Shown: one piece after another, positions 11,675-23,577 of the stretch
Numbering within the stretch: position 1 is the stretch's first letter
Layout of the letters: every line of letters starts with the position of its first letter
The notes under the pieces: model-generated
What the model saw: the letters and a program-made list of their open reading frames with translations, nothing else
Databases searched by the model: none
What the model was told of the DNA's origin: nothing
Assembly (NCBI RefSeq): GCF_963921235.1
Contig: NC_086098.1
Coordinates: 237,398,001-237,462,000 of the forward strand
Direction of reading: 5' to 3'
DNA: 64,000 bases
Source of the DNA: Mobula hypostoma
Taxonomy: Eukaryota
Program-made: the position numbers and the translations under genes

Positions 11675-14600
11675 TCGACACCTGCTGGAAGTGCATCCAG
11701 CTGCAGCTCCTAACAAACCGCGTTAGAGAACTGGAGAAGGAGCTGGATGACCTGCGGATCATTCGGGAGAATGAGGAGGTTATAGATCGTAGCTACAGGG
11801 AGGTAGTTACGCCAAAGGAGCAGAGGATAGGAAATTGGGTCACTGTCAGGCGAGGGAAGGGGAAAGGGCAGACAGAGTAGGGTTCCTCTGTGGCCATTCC
11901 CCTCAGCAACAAGTATACCGCATTGGATACTGTTGGGGGGGGTGACTTACCTGGGACTAGTTGCAGTAGCCGGATCTCTGGCACTGAGACTGGCTCTGCA
12001 ATGCAGAAGGGTGGGGGGAGAAAGAGGAGAGCGGTACTGATAGGGGACTCGATAGTTAGAGGTACAGATAGGAGGTTCTGTGGTCGTGACAGAGAATCCA
12101 GGATGGTTTGTTGCCTCCCAGGTGCCAGGGTCAAGGATGTCTCTGATCGATTGCATGACATTCTGAAGTGGGAGAGTGATCAGCCAGATGTCGTGGTGCA
12201 CATCGGTACCAATGACATAGCCATGAAGAGTGAGGAGGTCCTGGAGAGTGAGAACAGAGAGCTTGGTAGGAAGTTGAACAACAGGACCTCGAGGGTGGTA
12301 ATCTCAGGATTGCTACCAGTGCTATGTGCCAGTGAGGGTAGGAATAGGATGCTCTGGAGGAGGAACAAGTGGCTGAGGAACTGGTGTAGGGGGCAGGGTT
12401 TCAGATTTCAGGATCATTGGGACCTCTTCTAGGGCAGGTGGAACCTGTACAAGAGAGACGGGTTACACTTGAACCACAGGGGGACCAATATCCTTTCAGG
12501 GAGGTTTGTTAGTGCTATTGAGGAGGCTTTAAACTTGATTTTCAAGGGGATGGGAACCAGAGTCCCTGAGCTGACAGTGTGGCTGGGGTGAAAATAAATT
12601 ATGTTGAAAGTTTAAGCAAATCCGTTGATAGAAAGGTTGTGTGTGGAGGAAACAATCTTCTGAGTTGTATATATTTCAATGCTAGGATTATCATGGGGAA
12701 GGCGGATGAGTTGAGGGCGTGGATTGACACGTGGAATTATGATGCTGTAGCAATTAGTGAAACTTGGCTACAGGAGGGGCAGGACTGGCAGCTTAATATT
12801 CCAGGGTTCCGATGTTTCAGATGTGATCGAGGTAGAGGAATGAAAGGTGGGGGAGTAGCATTGTTTGTTAGGGAAAATATTACAGCAGTGCTCAGGCAGG
12901 ACAGAATAGAGGGCTTGTCTACTGAGTCCTTATGGTTGGAGCTGAGAAACAGGAAAGGTATGGCCACATTAGTGGGATTGTATTACAGACCACCCAATAG
13001 TCAACGAGACGTGGAAGAGCAAATCTGCAGAGAGATAGCAGGCAACTGCAGGAAACATAAAGTTGTGGTGGTAGGGGATTTTAATTTTCCATACATTGAT
13101 TGGGACTCCCATACTGTTAGGGGTCTAGATGGTTTACAGTTTGTAAAATCTGCTCAGGAAAGTTTTCTAAATCAATATATAGAGGGAACAACTAGAGGGG
13201 ATGCAATATTGGATCTCCTATTAGGTAACGAATTAGGGCAAGTGACAGAAGTCTGTGTAGGGGAGCACTTTGGTTCCAGTGATCATAACACTATTAGTTT
13301 CAATTTGATCATGGACAAGGATAAATCTGGTCCTAGGGTTGAGGTTCTGAACTGGAAGAAGGCCAAATTTGAAGAAATGTGAAAGGATCTAAAAAGCGTG
13401 GATTGGGACAGGTTGCTCTCTGGCAAAGATGTGTTTGGTAGGTGGGAAGCCTTCAAAGGGGAAATTTTGAGAGTGTAGAGTTTGTATGTTCCTGTCAGGA
13501 TTAAAGGCGAATTGAATAGGAATAAGGAACCTTGGTTCTCAAGGGATATTGCAACTCTGATAAAGAAGAAGAGGGAGTTATATGAAATGTATAGGAAACA
13601 GGGGGTAAGTCAGGTGCTTGAGGAGTATAAGAAGTGCAAGAAAATACTTAAGAAAGAAATCAGGAGGGCTAAAAGAAGACATGAGGTTGCCTTGGCAGTC
13701 AAAGTGAATGATAATCCAAAGAGCTTTTACAAGTATATTAAGAGCAAAAGGATTGTAAGGGATAAAATTGGTCCTCTTGAAGATCAGAGTGGTCGGCTTT
13801 GTGCGGAACCAAAGGAAATGGGGGAGATTTTAAATAGGTTTTTTGCGTCTGTATTTACTAAGAAAGCTGGCATGAAATCTATGGAATTGAGGGAATCAAG
13901 TAGTGAGACCATGGAAACTGTACAGATTGAAAAGGAGGAGGTGCTTGCTGTCTTGAGGAAAATTAAAGTGGATAAATCCCCGGGACCTGACAGAGTGTTC
14001 CCTCGGACCTTGAAGGAGACTAGTGTTGAAATTGCGGGGTCCCTGGCAGAAATATTTAAAATGTCGCTGTCTACAGGTGAAGTGCCGGAGGATTGGAGAG
14101 TGGCTCATGTTGTTCCGTTGTTTAAAAAAGGATCGAAAACTAATCCCGGAAATTATAGGCCGGTGAGTTTAACGTCAGTAGTAGGTAAGTTATTGGAGGG
14201 AGTACTAAGAGACAGAATCTACAAGCATTTGGATAGACAGGGGCTTATTAGGGAGAGTCAACATGGCTTTGTGCGTGGTAGGTCATGTTTGACCAATCTG
14301 TTGGAGTTTTTCGAGGAGGTTACCAGGAAAGTGGATGAAGGGAAGGCAGTGGATATTGTCTACATGGACTTCAGTAAGGCCTTTAACAAGGTCCCGCATG
14401 GGAGGTTAGTTAGGAAAATTCAGTCGCTCGGTATACATGGAGAGGTGGTAAATTGGATTAGACATTGGCTCGATGGAAGAAGCCAGAGAGTGGTGGTAGA
14501 GAATTGCTTCTCTGAGTGGAGGCCTGTGACTAGTGGTGTGCCACAAGGATCAGTGCTGGGTCCACTGTTATTTGTCATCTATATCAATGATCTGGATGAT

Positions 14601-15543
14601 AATGTGGTAAATTGGATCAGCAAGTTTGCTGATGATACAAAGATTGGAGGTATAGTAGACAGTGAGGAAGGTTTTCAGATCCTGCAGAGGGACTTGGACC
14701 AGCTGGAAAAATGGGCTGAAAAATGGCAGATGGAGTTTAATACTGACAAGTGTGAGGTATTGCACGTTGGAAAGACAAAACAACGTAGAATATACAGCAT
14801 TAATGGTAGGGCACTGAGGAGTGCAGTGGAACAGAGGGATCTGGGAATACAGAAACAAAATTCCCTAAAAGTGTCGTCACAGGTAGATAGGGTTGTAAAG
14901 AGAGCTTTTGGTACATTGGCCTTTATTAATCGAAGTATTGAGTATAAGAGCTGGAATATTATGATGAGGTTGTATAAGGCATTGGTGAGGCCGAATCTGG
15001 AGTATTGTGTTCAGATTTGGTCAACAAATTACAGCAAGGATATAAATAAGGTTGAAAGAGTGCAGAGAAGGTTTACAAGGATGTTGCTGGGACTTGAGAA
15101 ACTCACTTACAGAGAAAGGTTGAATAGGTTAGGACTTTATTCCCTGGAGCGTAGAAGAATGAGGGGAGATTTGATAGAGGTATATAATATTATGATGGGT
15201 ATAGATAGAGTGAATGCAAGCAGGCTTTTTCCACTGAGGCAAGGGGAGAAAAAAACAGAGGCCGTGGGTTAAGGGTGAGGTGGGAAAAGTTTAAAGGGAA
15301 CATTAGGTGGGGGGGCTTCTTCACAAAGAGAGTGGTGGGAGTATGGAATGAGCTGCCAGACAAGGTGGTAAATGCGGGTTCTTTTTTAACGTTTAAGAAT
15401 AAATTGGACAGATACATGGATGGGAGGTGTATGGAGGGATATGGTCCGTGTGCAGATCAGTGGGATTAGGCAGAAAATGGCTCGGCACAGCCAAGAAGGG
15501 CCAAAGGGCCTGTTTCTGTGCTGTAGTTTCTATGGTTTCTATG
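11675..15543 (+). mobile_element. Near full-length CR1 LINE (ORF1 esterase, ORF2 APE-RT), disrupted by stops
   Basis: ORF1 has SGNH motifs (IGDSIVRG, VVVHIGTND) with stops at ~11878 and ~12430. The endonuclease is at 12579-13382 (AISETWL, VVVGDFN, SSDHN) and the RT at 13482-15272 (QGSVLGP, FADD). The 3' tail is TTTCTATGGTTTCTATG. Confidence 0.95.
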
Positions 15544-15544
15544 G

Positions 15545-15616
15545 GAAGAAGAAGAAGAAGAAGAAGAAGAAGAAGAAGAAGAAGAAGAAGAAGAAGAAGA
15601 AGAAGAAGAAGAAGAA
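15545..15616. repeat. (GAA)24 microsatellite abutting the CR1 tail
   Basis: Perfect GAA run of 72 bp. Confidence 0.95.
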
Positions 15617-15765
15617 TGGCCACTGAGAAGAAAAGCGGCCAAATATATCTTCCACGCTGTAGATATTTTGCAGGAGCCCTCATTAGAGGAAGTCATCTTT
15701 TAGGATGCAGACATAAAATGCTGAAAGAACTCAGAACTCAGGCAGATTATTTGGGGATGAATAAA

Positions 15766-15803
15766 CTGTTAACGTTTCGGGTCGAGGCCTTTCATCAGGA
15801 CTG
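15766..15803 (-). ncRNA. Degenerate minimal hammerhead motif in a Penelope-derived short repeat
   Basis: The minus strand reads CAGTC-CTGATGA-AAGGCCTCGACCC-GAAACGTT-AACAG. The core is intact and stem I is mismatched. Confidence 0.45.
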
Positions 15804-17719
15804 ATGAAGTTGACATGAGGTACGAAGAATGAAATATATTTACTTTTCAATTTAAAGTGCAACTGCTGGTTTTGGACCGAAATAGCTATGTTCTTCCAAG
15901 GACGAATCGGTGCACGAGAGAGATTTGACCTTCAGTAACAGGCCAACTAATCAGACCCTGATACAAAGGCAGCAGGACGTGCTGTCATCAGAGATGTCCA
16001 GTGAATTGAGACCGCGAAACTTGCAGACAGACTCATTCACAATGCATCTATCTCATACTCAGACGCTTCAAATACTGACAAACAGTTGCAGCTACAGTTA
16101 ACGCATGAAATGGAAAACGCAACCGAACTAGAGGCTCTTTGTGGGTTTCCTGTTTCCGTAGCTTGGACGCTGCTGCCCAGAGTTCAGCCTTTTAGACTTC
16201 ATATTATGTGACACTCTGGAAGGCCCTGCAACCGACATGGTTGCAGTGGAAATTAACCTCATAAATTGTGCTCTATGTTGCGTCCGGTTTACACGCGCTT
16301 CGTAGTGGAAACAGCTCTCTAACCTTAATAAATTAATAGAAATTTAACACTGGGGAAATATAATCTTGGGGCATTGATCACCTCCAACAGGATCTGCTTT
16401 GATCCTTAGTCACATTAACGAGACCCGCATAATCCAGTAACCATATGACATAGGATCAGAATTAGGTTATTCAGCCCATCGAATCTGCTCCATCATTCCA
16501 TCATGTCTGATTTATTTCTCTCTCAAACCATTTCCTGCCTTTTTCCTGAAAAGTTTCCCTGATCAGGAACCTATTAACCTTCTCTCTAAATATAACCAAT
16601 GGCTTGGGTTCACAGCCATCTGTGGCAACGAGTTTCACAAATTCACTACACCCTGGCAAAGTAATTTCCTCCTTATCACCGTTCTAAAGAGGCGTCATAC
16701 TTTACTGAGGCGGCGCACTCTGGTCCTAGAGTCTGCTACAATTGGAAATAACATTTCCACCTTCACTCTTTCAGTATTTCACAGGTTTCGATGAGTTTCC
16801 ACGCTGCCCACACCATTCTTCTAATCTCCTGCCAGTATAAGCCCAGAGGCATACAACGTTCCTCATAACGTCAGCTCATCCTTTCTTAGATAAGGTGCCC
16901 AAAGCTATTCACAATAATCCAGGCACGGTCTAACCAATGTCTTTTAAAGCCTCAGTACTCTGCAAAGCTGTGGAAATCACCATTTATTTTAAACGCTTTT
17001 CGCTGTATGAATGTGGCGACTGCAAGAACAGGTCAGAAATTGCGAATCCCAGAGCGAGTAAAACTTTGTGACAGCACAATCCATTTCGACTTCAGCGCGG
17101 GTTACGATTTCGATGGAATACTCTCTGTTGGCCTCTCATGGCGCAGCTCCGACCAGGCGAACTCTGTGTTATCCATTTCAAAGTACCAGTACCTAAATTC
17201 ACTGATGTACGCACCCAACAGCTATTCCCAGACCCAGGCCAAGCAGTGCAAGTGCAGTAGGGACTGTAATACACCACTGCAGGTTCCCCTCCAAGTCGTG
17301 AATTACCCTGGCTTGTATATCTGCGTTCCGTCAAAATCTCTGGTTCTGATTTCTTTCTCCCAGTACAGCAAAGAGTACCTTTAGAAGAGGGGCTACAGTA
17401 AGTAAATACCGTCGACTCATCGCCTGCTCCTGCGGGGATTTAGGCATGAGGACGTCTGCCTCCCAGAAACCATGCTCAATCTATGCTCACTTTGGAAGTC
17501 TTTCTGAACAATCTCCATAGCCGTTTGACCCTGTGACGCACTGACACGGTAACCAAGTGTTATCCGCGCAGGACGCGGAATGGATGCTGAGGATCCGCCC
17601 CGGAAGCTCGTCACCGAGCAGGGACCACGGCAGCTGAGCGCTGCACAGTGTCGCGGCTAAACTCACACCAACACCCGGCAGCCGAGGGCAGCGACAGCCA
17701 ACCACCGGGCTGATTCCAA

Positions 17720-17774
17720 ATGCTGATGGAAGTTTTATTCCTGTTCGTTACCATTCAGGTGAACCGTGTTTACG
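17720..17774 (+). CDS. Leader exon MLMEVLFLFVTIQVNRVY
   Basis: Hydrophobic signal peptide followed by a phase-1 donor G|GTGAGT. Confidence 0.75.
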
Positions 17775-20700
17775 GTGAGTCAGTGTTGGGAACTCCCATC
17801 TCGTCCTAACAAGTTTGTTATCCAGTACATTAAACGTCCCGTGCTAGTGGGAAAATAAGCTTGTGAATCAAATAAATATGGATTACAAAGCTAGAATCTC
17901 ATTAATGCTGATTCTAAAGCTATCTAAATATATTCAAAATAATTTTCTATGATCCTCCCTCATTTTCTTTTGGTGAAGGTTATCTGTCGCGGCCCACTGA
18001 TCCTCTCTGACAGTAAGTAACCCCAAACGCCGAGCAGAATATTTGGCGAGCCCGACCTGAAAATGCCACCACACGTCCCAATTTAAGGTCACCTGCGGAT
18101 AGATAGACAAACTAATTTTACCGGCTACACATCCTGTCAATTAATAAGGGAAAAGTCTTGCGCATTTGATCAGGTTAACGTCGAACATCTTCTGGTTCTC
18201 TGTTAGATGTTATTTAGACGCCTTAACCAATAAATGCAACTGAAAATATCGGCGAATTTTTAAAGTGTTTCTTAATTTTTAAAGTGCAGGCAATGTGATT
18301 AATTTCCGCTTAGTTCAGTTCCGGATAATTTTAGTTGACTGATAATAATTTGTGTTGCAGCATCCAAGCCGTTTTCTGTGATTCCGGGTGCAGTGACTGC
18401 AGACGTCGGTCGGACGGTTGAACTGTCCTGTGAACTTACGGAGTTTGCGAGCAGTGTTTCCTGGTACAAACACCGTGCTGACGAACCCCCGGTAGCGATC
18501 AAAACCACGGACTGCCAACAGAACGGTTGTAGGTCTACTTACAAAAAAGGCTCCGGAGATCGCACATCGGTGCTGGAAATCCGGGATGTCCGTGTGGAGG
18601 ATTCGGGTTCCTACTACTGTGCTGAGAAAAAAAGCTATCCACCGCTTGTGCAAGGACCTACACTCCTTGTTGGAGGTAAGAGAACTCGGCACTGGGATTA
18701 TACTCACCCATGTATATCGGTTAAAGCTCCGATTAACTGTGTTCCAATCTCCGTCCAGACAGCTCCACCATTCGGACCTACATGCAGGTATTTGTCCCGC
18801 CGTCTGAGGTGAACGGGTCGGTCCCCCTGGTGTGTCTGGTTGGCGGCCTGTCTTCCAAAGAGATTATCATTTACTGGAACATATCCGGCCAAATCACGGA
18901 AGGATGGAGCGATCCCGGCAAGCTTGATTCTGACCAGAGCTACAGTGTTAGGAGTCAGGTGCTGGTCCCAGTGGAAACCTGGAGGAGCGGAGGAGTCTGT
19001 ACCTGCATCGCACAACTCGGGGGTGCGGGAAAGACGAGGACTACGAGCGTCTCCCATCTCAAGATTGAACCAGATCAAGGTAAGGCGATGTTTTACACAT
19101 ACAATATTAATACTCATCTGTGGTGGAATGACGGAGCAGTCTCGATTGACCGATCGGCCTCATTGTTCCCCAATATCTGCTGGAATAGACCGCCGGTTCA
19201 CTAAAGTCACAGTAAGTATTAATATGTATGCATTCGGTTATGAGGATCTGATTATCTCCAGCAACACCACCTTTGGCTGTCCAACCCTTGAGCCCTCCGG
19301 AAAACTTGGGATAAAACCCCTTTTTAGCTCTCTGATGTCCATGATGTTCTCGCAGTGCGGTTGGGAGCAGCTTGCGGGAAGTAGACACGGCCACCATGAA
19401 AGAAAAGCGTTGTCTTTCTTTCAAGTTGGGATGGTGAACTTAAAAATGATTGGTAGTGGCAAGGTGACTGAGGGGAAAGCGAGGAATTGATTTGAAGAGC
19501 CGTATGGTTTCATACGGTATTTCATTCAATGAGTCATTCTTTTGTTGGCATTTCCATGGGCTGCTAGTCGTCCATCATAGCTTAAGGATAAAGGGTCAAA
19601 TTTATTTGCCATATACATTTACATATCTTAGTAATTTGCCGTGGTGTGTTGGCCAGGGCTTGACATGCAACACATATAAATAAAGTAGCATCCACTGATG
19701 ATATCCTTAGGTGTTAGAACATCACTGGTGTGGATGGTAACTGTCTGTACAATCTGAATCTAGCACCAAACTTGACGGCATCGGTTTAAATTTTTGCTCT
19801 TGCTGTTTAGAATTAGTGTATACCTGTTTAGAATCACTCACATTACAATCAAATGAAACACCGAATAAAATGCTCTTGGAAGCAATTATTTCACCAAGCA
19901 ACAATTCTTTCTCTCCAGACTGCTATCTTCCGGCGGCGATCCTCCTTGGGCTCCTTATATTGCTGGTTACCGTAATTTTTATTTGGATCTTTAAAGAATG
20001 TAAATCAGGTGAGGATTCGCTTTTTCCAGGCATGTCCATATACATATTAACAGTTCTCGCTGTTCCTTTTTGGTGGCTCTATATAATGGCAGCCAATGGA
20101 TTTAGAACAGACGACACAGAAAATAATTGAGGCGGGGAATGAGGAAAATTGGAGTTTTCAGAGGATAGGACTCTGAAAGATGGGATGTCTGAAGTCCTGG
20201 AAGTCGTGTTTCTCGCTATCAGTGGTGTCCTAGTGTGTTTTGTTAATATTATTATTGTTGCTGTATTATTACAAGCTCAAGTTGGTAAAACCTGAGATAC
20301 GGCCAGAGCCAAGCACACTCATTTCCCAATTGATAGGACCGTGCGTACTATTCTAGAGATGTTTATTATTGTCACTTTCTGAAGATTTATATAAACATTG
20401 CTATATAGCCCTAATTGTTTAACCCTACTGTGTAGTGACTGTGGGATTACCTAGTTGAGGATATTACTCTTGGAATTATCTATAGCCTGTGCATGTTCCC
20501 CAGCCTTTCATTTCCTTTTTAATTCAGCATATATCTCGTGTTTTTTCTCTTGTTGATTTTTGTATGTTTTCTGTGTTTGGAGTGGCTATATCTTTTAACT
20601 ACATTTTTCTTACTTATTTATCCTGTAATATGATATTTTGCCGGTTATAATGGATTGCCTTACCTATAATAAAAGATCGGTCATAACATAGCAATGCAGC

Positions 20701-23577
20701 CGAAATGCTGGAGAAACTCAGCAGGCCGAGCAGCATGTACGGAAAATAGTAAACAGTCGATGTTCCGGGCTGAGACCTTTCATCAGCATTTTGTGTGTAT
20801 TACTTTGATTTCCACCATCTGCAGATTTTCTCTTGTTCGCACAAAATATAATTTGAAGTATTGACTCTAAAACTGAATCAGGCCTGCACCTGTGGTAAGG
20901 TACAATGTCTTTTATGCGTTTGGATTCTAGAGCACAATTTTGGTGCATGATGCTTCCCATTTGATTGTGCCTGTGTAGGTAGTTAGATTGAGTTAAACTG
21001 CTGCAGCATCCTGTAATGTGTTGGAATGTCCCTGGTTTCAGGAGTTCTTCCCATCCTCTAGCTTGCAGGTCACCCTTAAGCAAGGTGTAGCACTTGCTTA
21101 GCCGCCCCCCAACCTCGATCAGGGTTGCATGAAGCCATGGAAGTTGGTGGAGGGTGGTTGTATGAGTAGCTGGTGCACATCACCAGTCCTGGTTATGCGA
21201 CCACTGACGCCAGGCAGACATTCTCTGAAGAGTATTGATAATATCTGAGCATCACATGGCACAGAACGACGATGATCATGACATTTTCACCATTGAGCTC
21301 TTATTACTATTATTTTTTATCGGTTCTAGCTGGTAGAATCTGAGGTACAGGCATAGACAAGTACACACACTTCTCAATTTCTCAATTTCTTCGAACTTTC
21401 GGACTATCCAAATGACATTTAGTATTGCGGCTTTCTTAGGATTTACATAAATGTTGTTTTGTGTGCCTAATTTTTAATGCTGTTGTATAGTGACATTGAG
21501 TTGGTACTATTCGTAGATATTACTATCGGAGCAATGTATTTATTCCCTATTCATGTTCCATAGACTTTCAATTTCTTCTTTTAATTCAGCGTGCATCTGG
21601 GGGTTTTCGCTCATTGAGTGTTGTATGTTACGTATGTTTCGAATGGTTATATCTATTGAGTAAGTTGTTCTTGCTTGTTTGCCCTGTAATGTTGTATCCG
21701 GACGGTAATTATGTATTGCTCCATTAGTAATAAGGGATACATCAAAATATAATTTGCAGGACACTGACTCTAAAATGGGTAAGGCTTCTGTTTATAGCAA
21801 AGTGTAATGTCTTTCATAAGTTTGTATTTCATAGCAAGAATTTTGGGAATGATGTTTGCCAGTTGATTTTGCCCTTGTAACTAACCCACTGAGTTAAACT
21901 GCGGCAGGATCCTGTGATATCTTGAATTGCTTCTGTTTTCTCTTGGCATTTTCCGCATTGATAGTCTTAAAATTGCTGGTGTTTTATTGTGTTTTTGATT
22001 TTTTTTGCTTTAAACTACAACTCAAATATGTCCAACGTTTACTTATACTTCATACCGCTAACCCGGACAGCATCATTGTACATCTCTGCTGCGCGCTCTG
22101 CACAGCTTTTCTGTAATGGGGCAACGGGAAATGCACTCAATACTCCATGTGCGGTCTGGCCAGGGTTTTATATCGATGCAGCATGATTTCTATACACTTA
22201 CACTCAATATCCTTACCAAAAAAAAAGGGCAAACATGCCATTTGCCGAATTACCCTTATCCGTACCTATCTTAAAACAATCGGTAATTGCGTTCCAAAAC
22301 CCAGGACCAAATGGACTCGCCACAAAATGTTTCAATATCTCCTCGTGGATGCATTGAAGAAATAAATAGCTGTGTCATTAGAGAGAATCCAAAGGAGTTT
22401 TATGAGGATGATTCCGAGAATGTAAAAGGTTGACATATGAGGAGCATTTGGCAGCTTTGGAGTTTAGGAGAATGGGGGATCTCATTGAAACCTACGAAAG
22501 TTGAAATGAAGAGACAATTTGGATGTGGAGAGGATGTTTCCTATCGTGGGGGTACAGAATTAGAGGGGACAGCCTTAAAATTGAGGGCGACAAAGGTAAG
22601 GTTATTTTAGCTAGAGAGTAGTGAATCCGGAATGCTCTGCCGCAGATAGCTGTGGAAGCCAAGACCGTGGGTATATTTACAGTGAAAGTTGATAGCTTCC
22701 AGATCAGTCAGTACATCAAAGTTTATGGCGAGAAGGCAGGTGTATGGCGTTGAGAGGGATGCAGGATCAGACATGACGGAATGGTGGAGCTGATTCGATG
22801 GGCCGAATGGCCTAATTCTGCTTCCATGTTTTATGGTCTTGTAACGTTTCGTTATCTCCTCGTGAGTGTATTGAGGAGATCATGCCCTCTCTACGCCTCC
22901 TGTACGTTTTACGAATTTGGGAATCCTTAAATATTACGCTTTCATTAGGGTACACGATTTCAAGACGGGTTCGCTTGTGCATTTGGGAACTATTCTCATC
23001 CTGGGGGTCACTGTCATATTGGGGAATGAATAAGAAAGTGACGACACATCTGAGAGCAATTGGTGAATGCGAAATAATAAGAAACTATTAGCATAGACCG
23101 ATTAACTGGTATATTGGTGTCAATTGTCATATTTGGGATTTATGACATATAAGACATTCCTGTGATTAATTATAAATCGGCCAGATAATAGTTCTAATTC
23201 ATACTCTTTCAATGCACAGGAACACAACGTCAATCAGCGACGCGCCAGGGACACGGCAGTGCGGCTCAGGTACGGACGTTCGTTGAACACTGTTCTAAGA
23301 TTCGCAAACTTGATGTTTGGGATTGTGTTCTAAAAAGTGCGGGTATGAAATGAGTCATCAGGAAATTATGAAACATAAGCCATATTTTAGTAATCTGCTG
23401 GAGTTAGTTAAGGAGGTGTCTCGTAGCGGAATGTTAGCACACTCGTTACTCTGTTGAACAATGGGAGGTTATGCTGCGATAACTTTAATTGTCAATGTTT
23501 GATACACATTCCAGACCGAAGCGCCGATCCTTTACGCCTCTCTCGACTTCGCTGCATCATCCTCTCACCGCAGATGA
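17720..23577 (+). CDS. Non-rearranging VJ-C1-TM-ITIM Ig-superfamily receptor (PRARP/VJC1-like), 6 exons, 297 aa
   Basis: Exons 17720-17774, 18361-18675, 18759-19079, 19919-20008, 23220-23269 and 23515-23577 all have GT-AG boundaries with compatible phases (1,1,1,1,0). They total 894 nt and read without an internal stop. AATAAA lies at 23712-23717. Confidence 0.85.
18361..18675 (+). CDS. V-set exon with a fused J-like G strand
   Basis: Acceptor TGTTGCAG. Motifs VELSC, VSWYKH, LEIRDVRVEDSGSYYC, then LVQGPTLLVG and donor GTAAGA. No RSS lies between V and the G strand. Confidence 0.92.
18759..19079 (+). CDS. C1-set exon
   Basis: VFVPPS, LVCLVGG, IIYW, DSDQSYSVRSQVLVP, W-x-SG-x-x-CTC. Acceptor CCGTCCAG and donor GTAAGG. 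N-glycosylation sites NGS and NIS. Confidence 0.92.
19919..20008 (+). CDS. Transmembrane exon DCYLPAAILLGLLILLVTVIFIWIFKECKS
   Basis: Acceptor TTCTTTCTCTCCAG and donor GTGAGG. An uncharged hydrophobic stretch of about 20 aa with an extracellular juxtamembrane Cys. Confidence 0.85.
20245..21950 (-). mobile_element. Two fragments of an R4/Dong-like non-LTR element (restriction-like endonuclease end) in the receptor intron
   Basis: Minus translations HNYRPD...YSIDITI...ELKEEIESLWNM (21540-21764) and QLGLYSNVYINLQKVTIINISRIV (~20340-20420). A TAA-rich tail lies at ~20245-20275. The ~150-bp block at 20850-21010 recurs at 21765-21915. Confidence 0.65.
22370..22840 (+). mobile_element. CR1 3' fragment (intronic)
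   Basis: Degenerate RT C-terminus and a 3' UTR ending GGCCGAATGGCCTAATTCTGCTTCCATGTTTTATGG. Confidence 0.75.
23220..23269 (+). CDS. Cytoplasmic exon 1 (GTQRQSATRQGHGSAAQ)
   Basis: Acceptor CTCTTTCAATGCACAG and donor CAG|GTACGG. The 50-nt length converts phase 1 to phase 0 as the next exon requires. Confidence 0.7.
23515..23577 (+). CDS. Terminal exon with ITIM (TEAPILYASLDFAASSSHRR*)
   Basis: Acceptor CATTCCAG. ILYASL fits the ITIM consensus (I/V/L/S)xYxx(L/V). A polyA signal lies about 135 bp after the stop. Confidence 0.78.
   Translation, partial: TEAPILYASLDFAASSSHRR

Noticed and set aside
15393-15804. Poly-K/R/L/S ORFs
   Set aside because: These are translations of the (GAA)24 microsatellite.
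16142-16154. GGGTTTCCTGTTT shared with ~43030, each upstream of a V gene
   Set aside because: A 13-mer match is expected by chance in 64 kb, and the orientation does not follow the genes.
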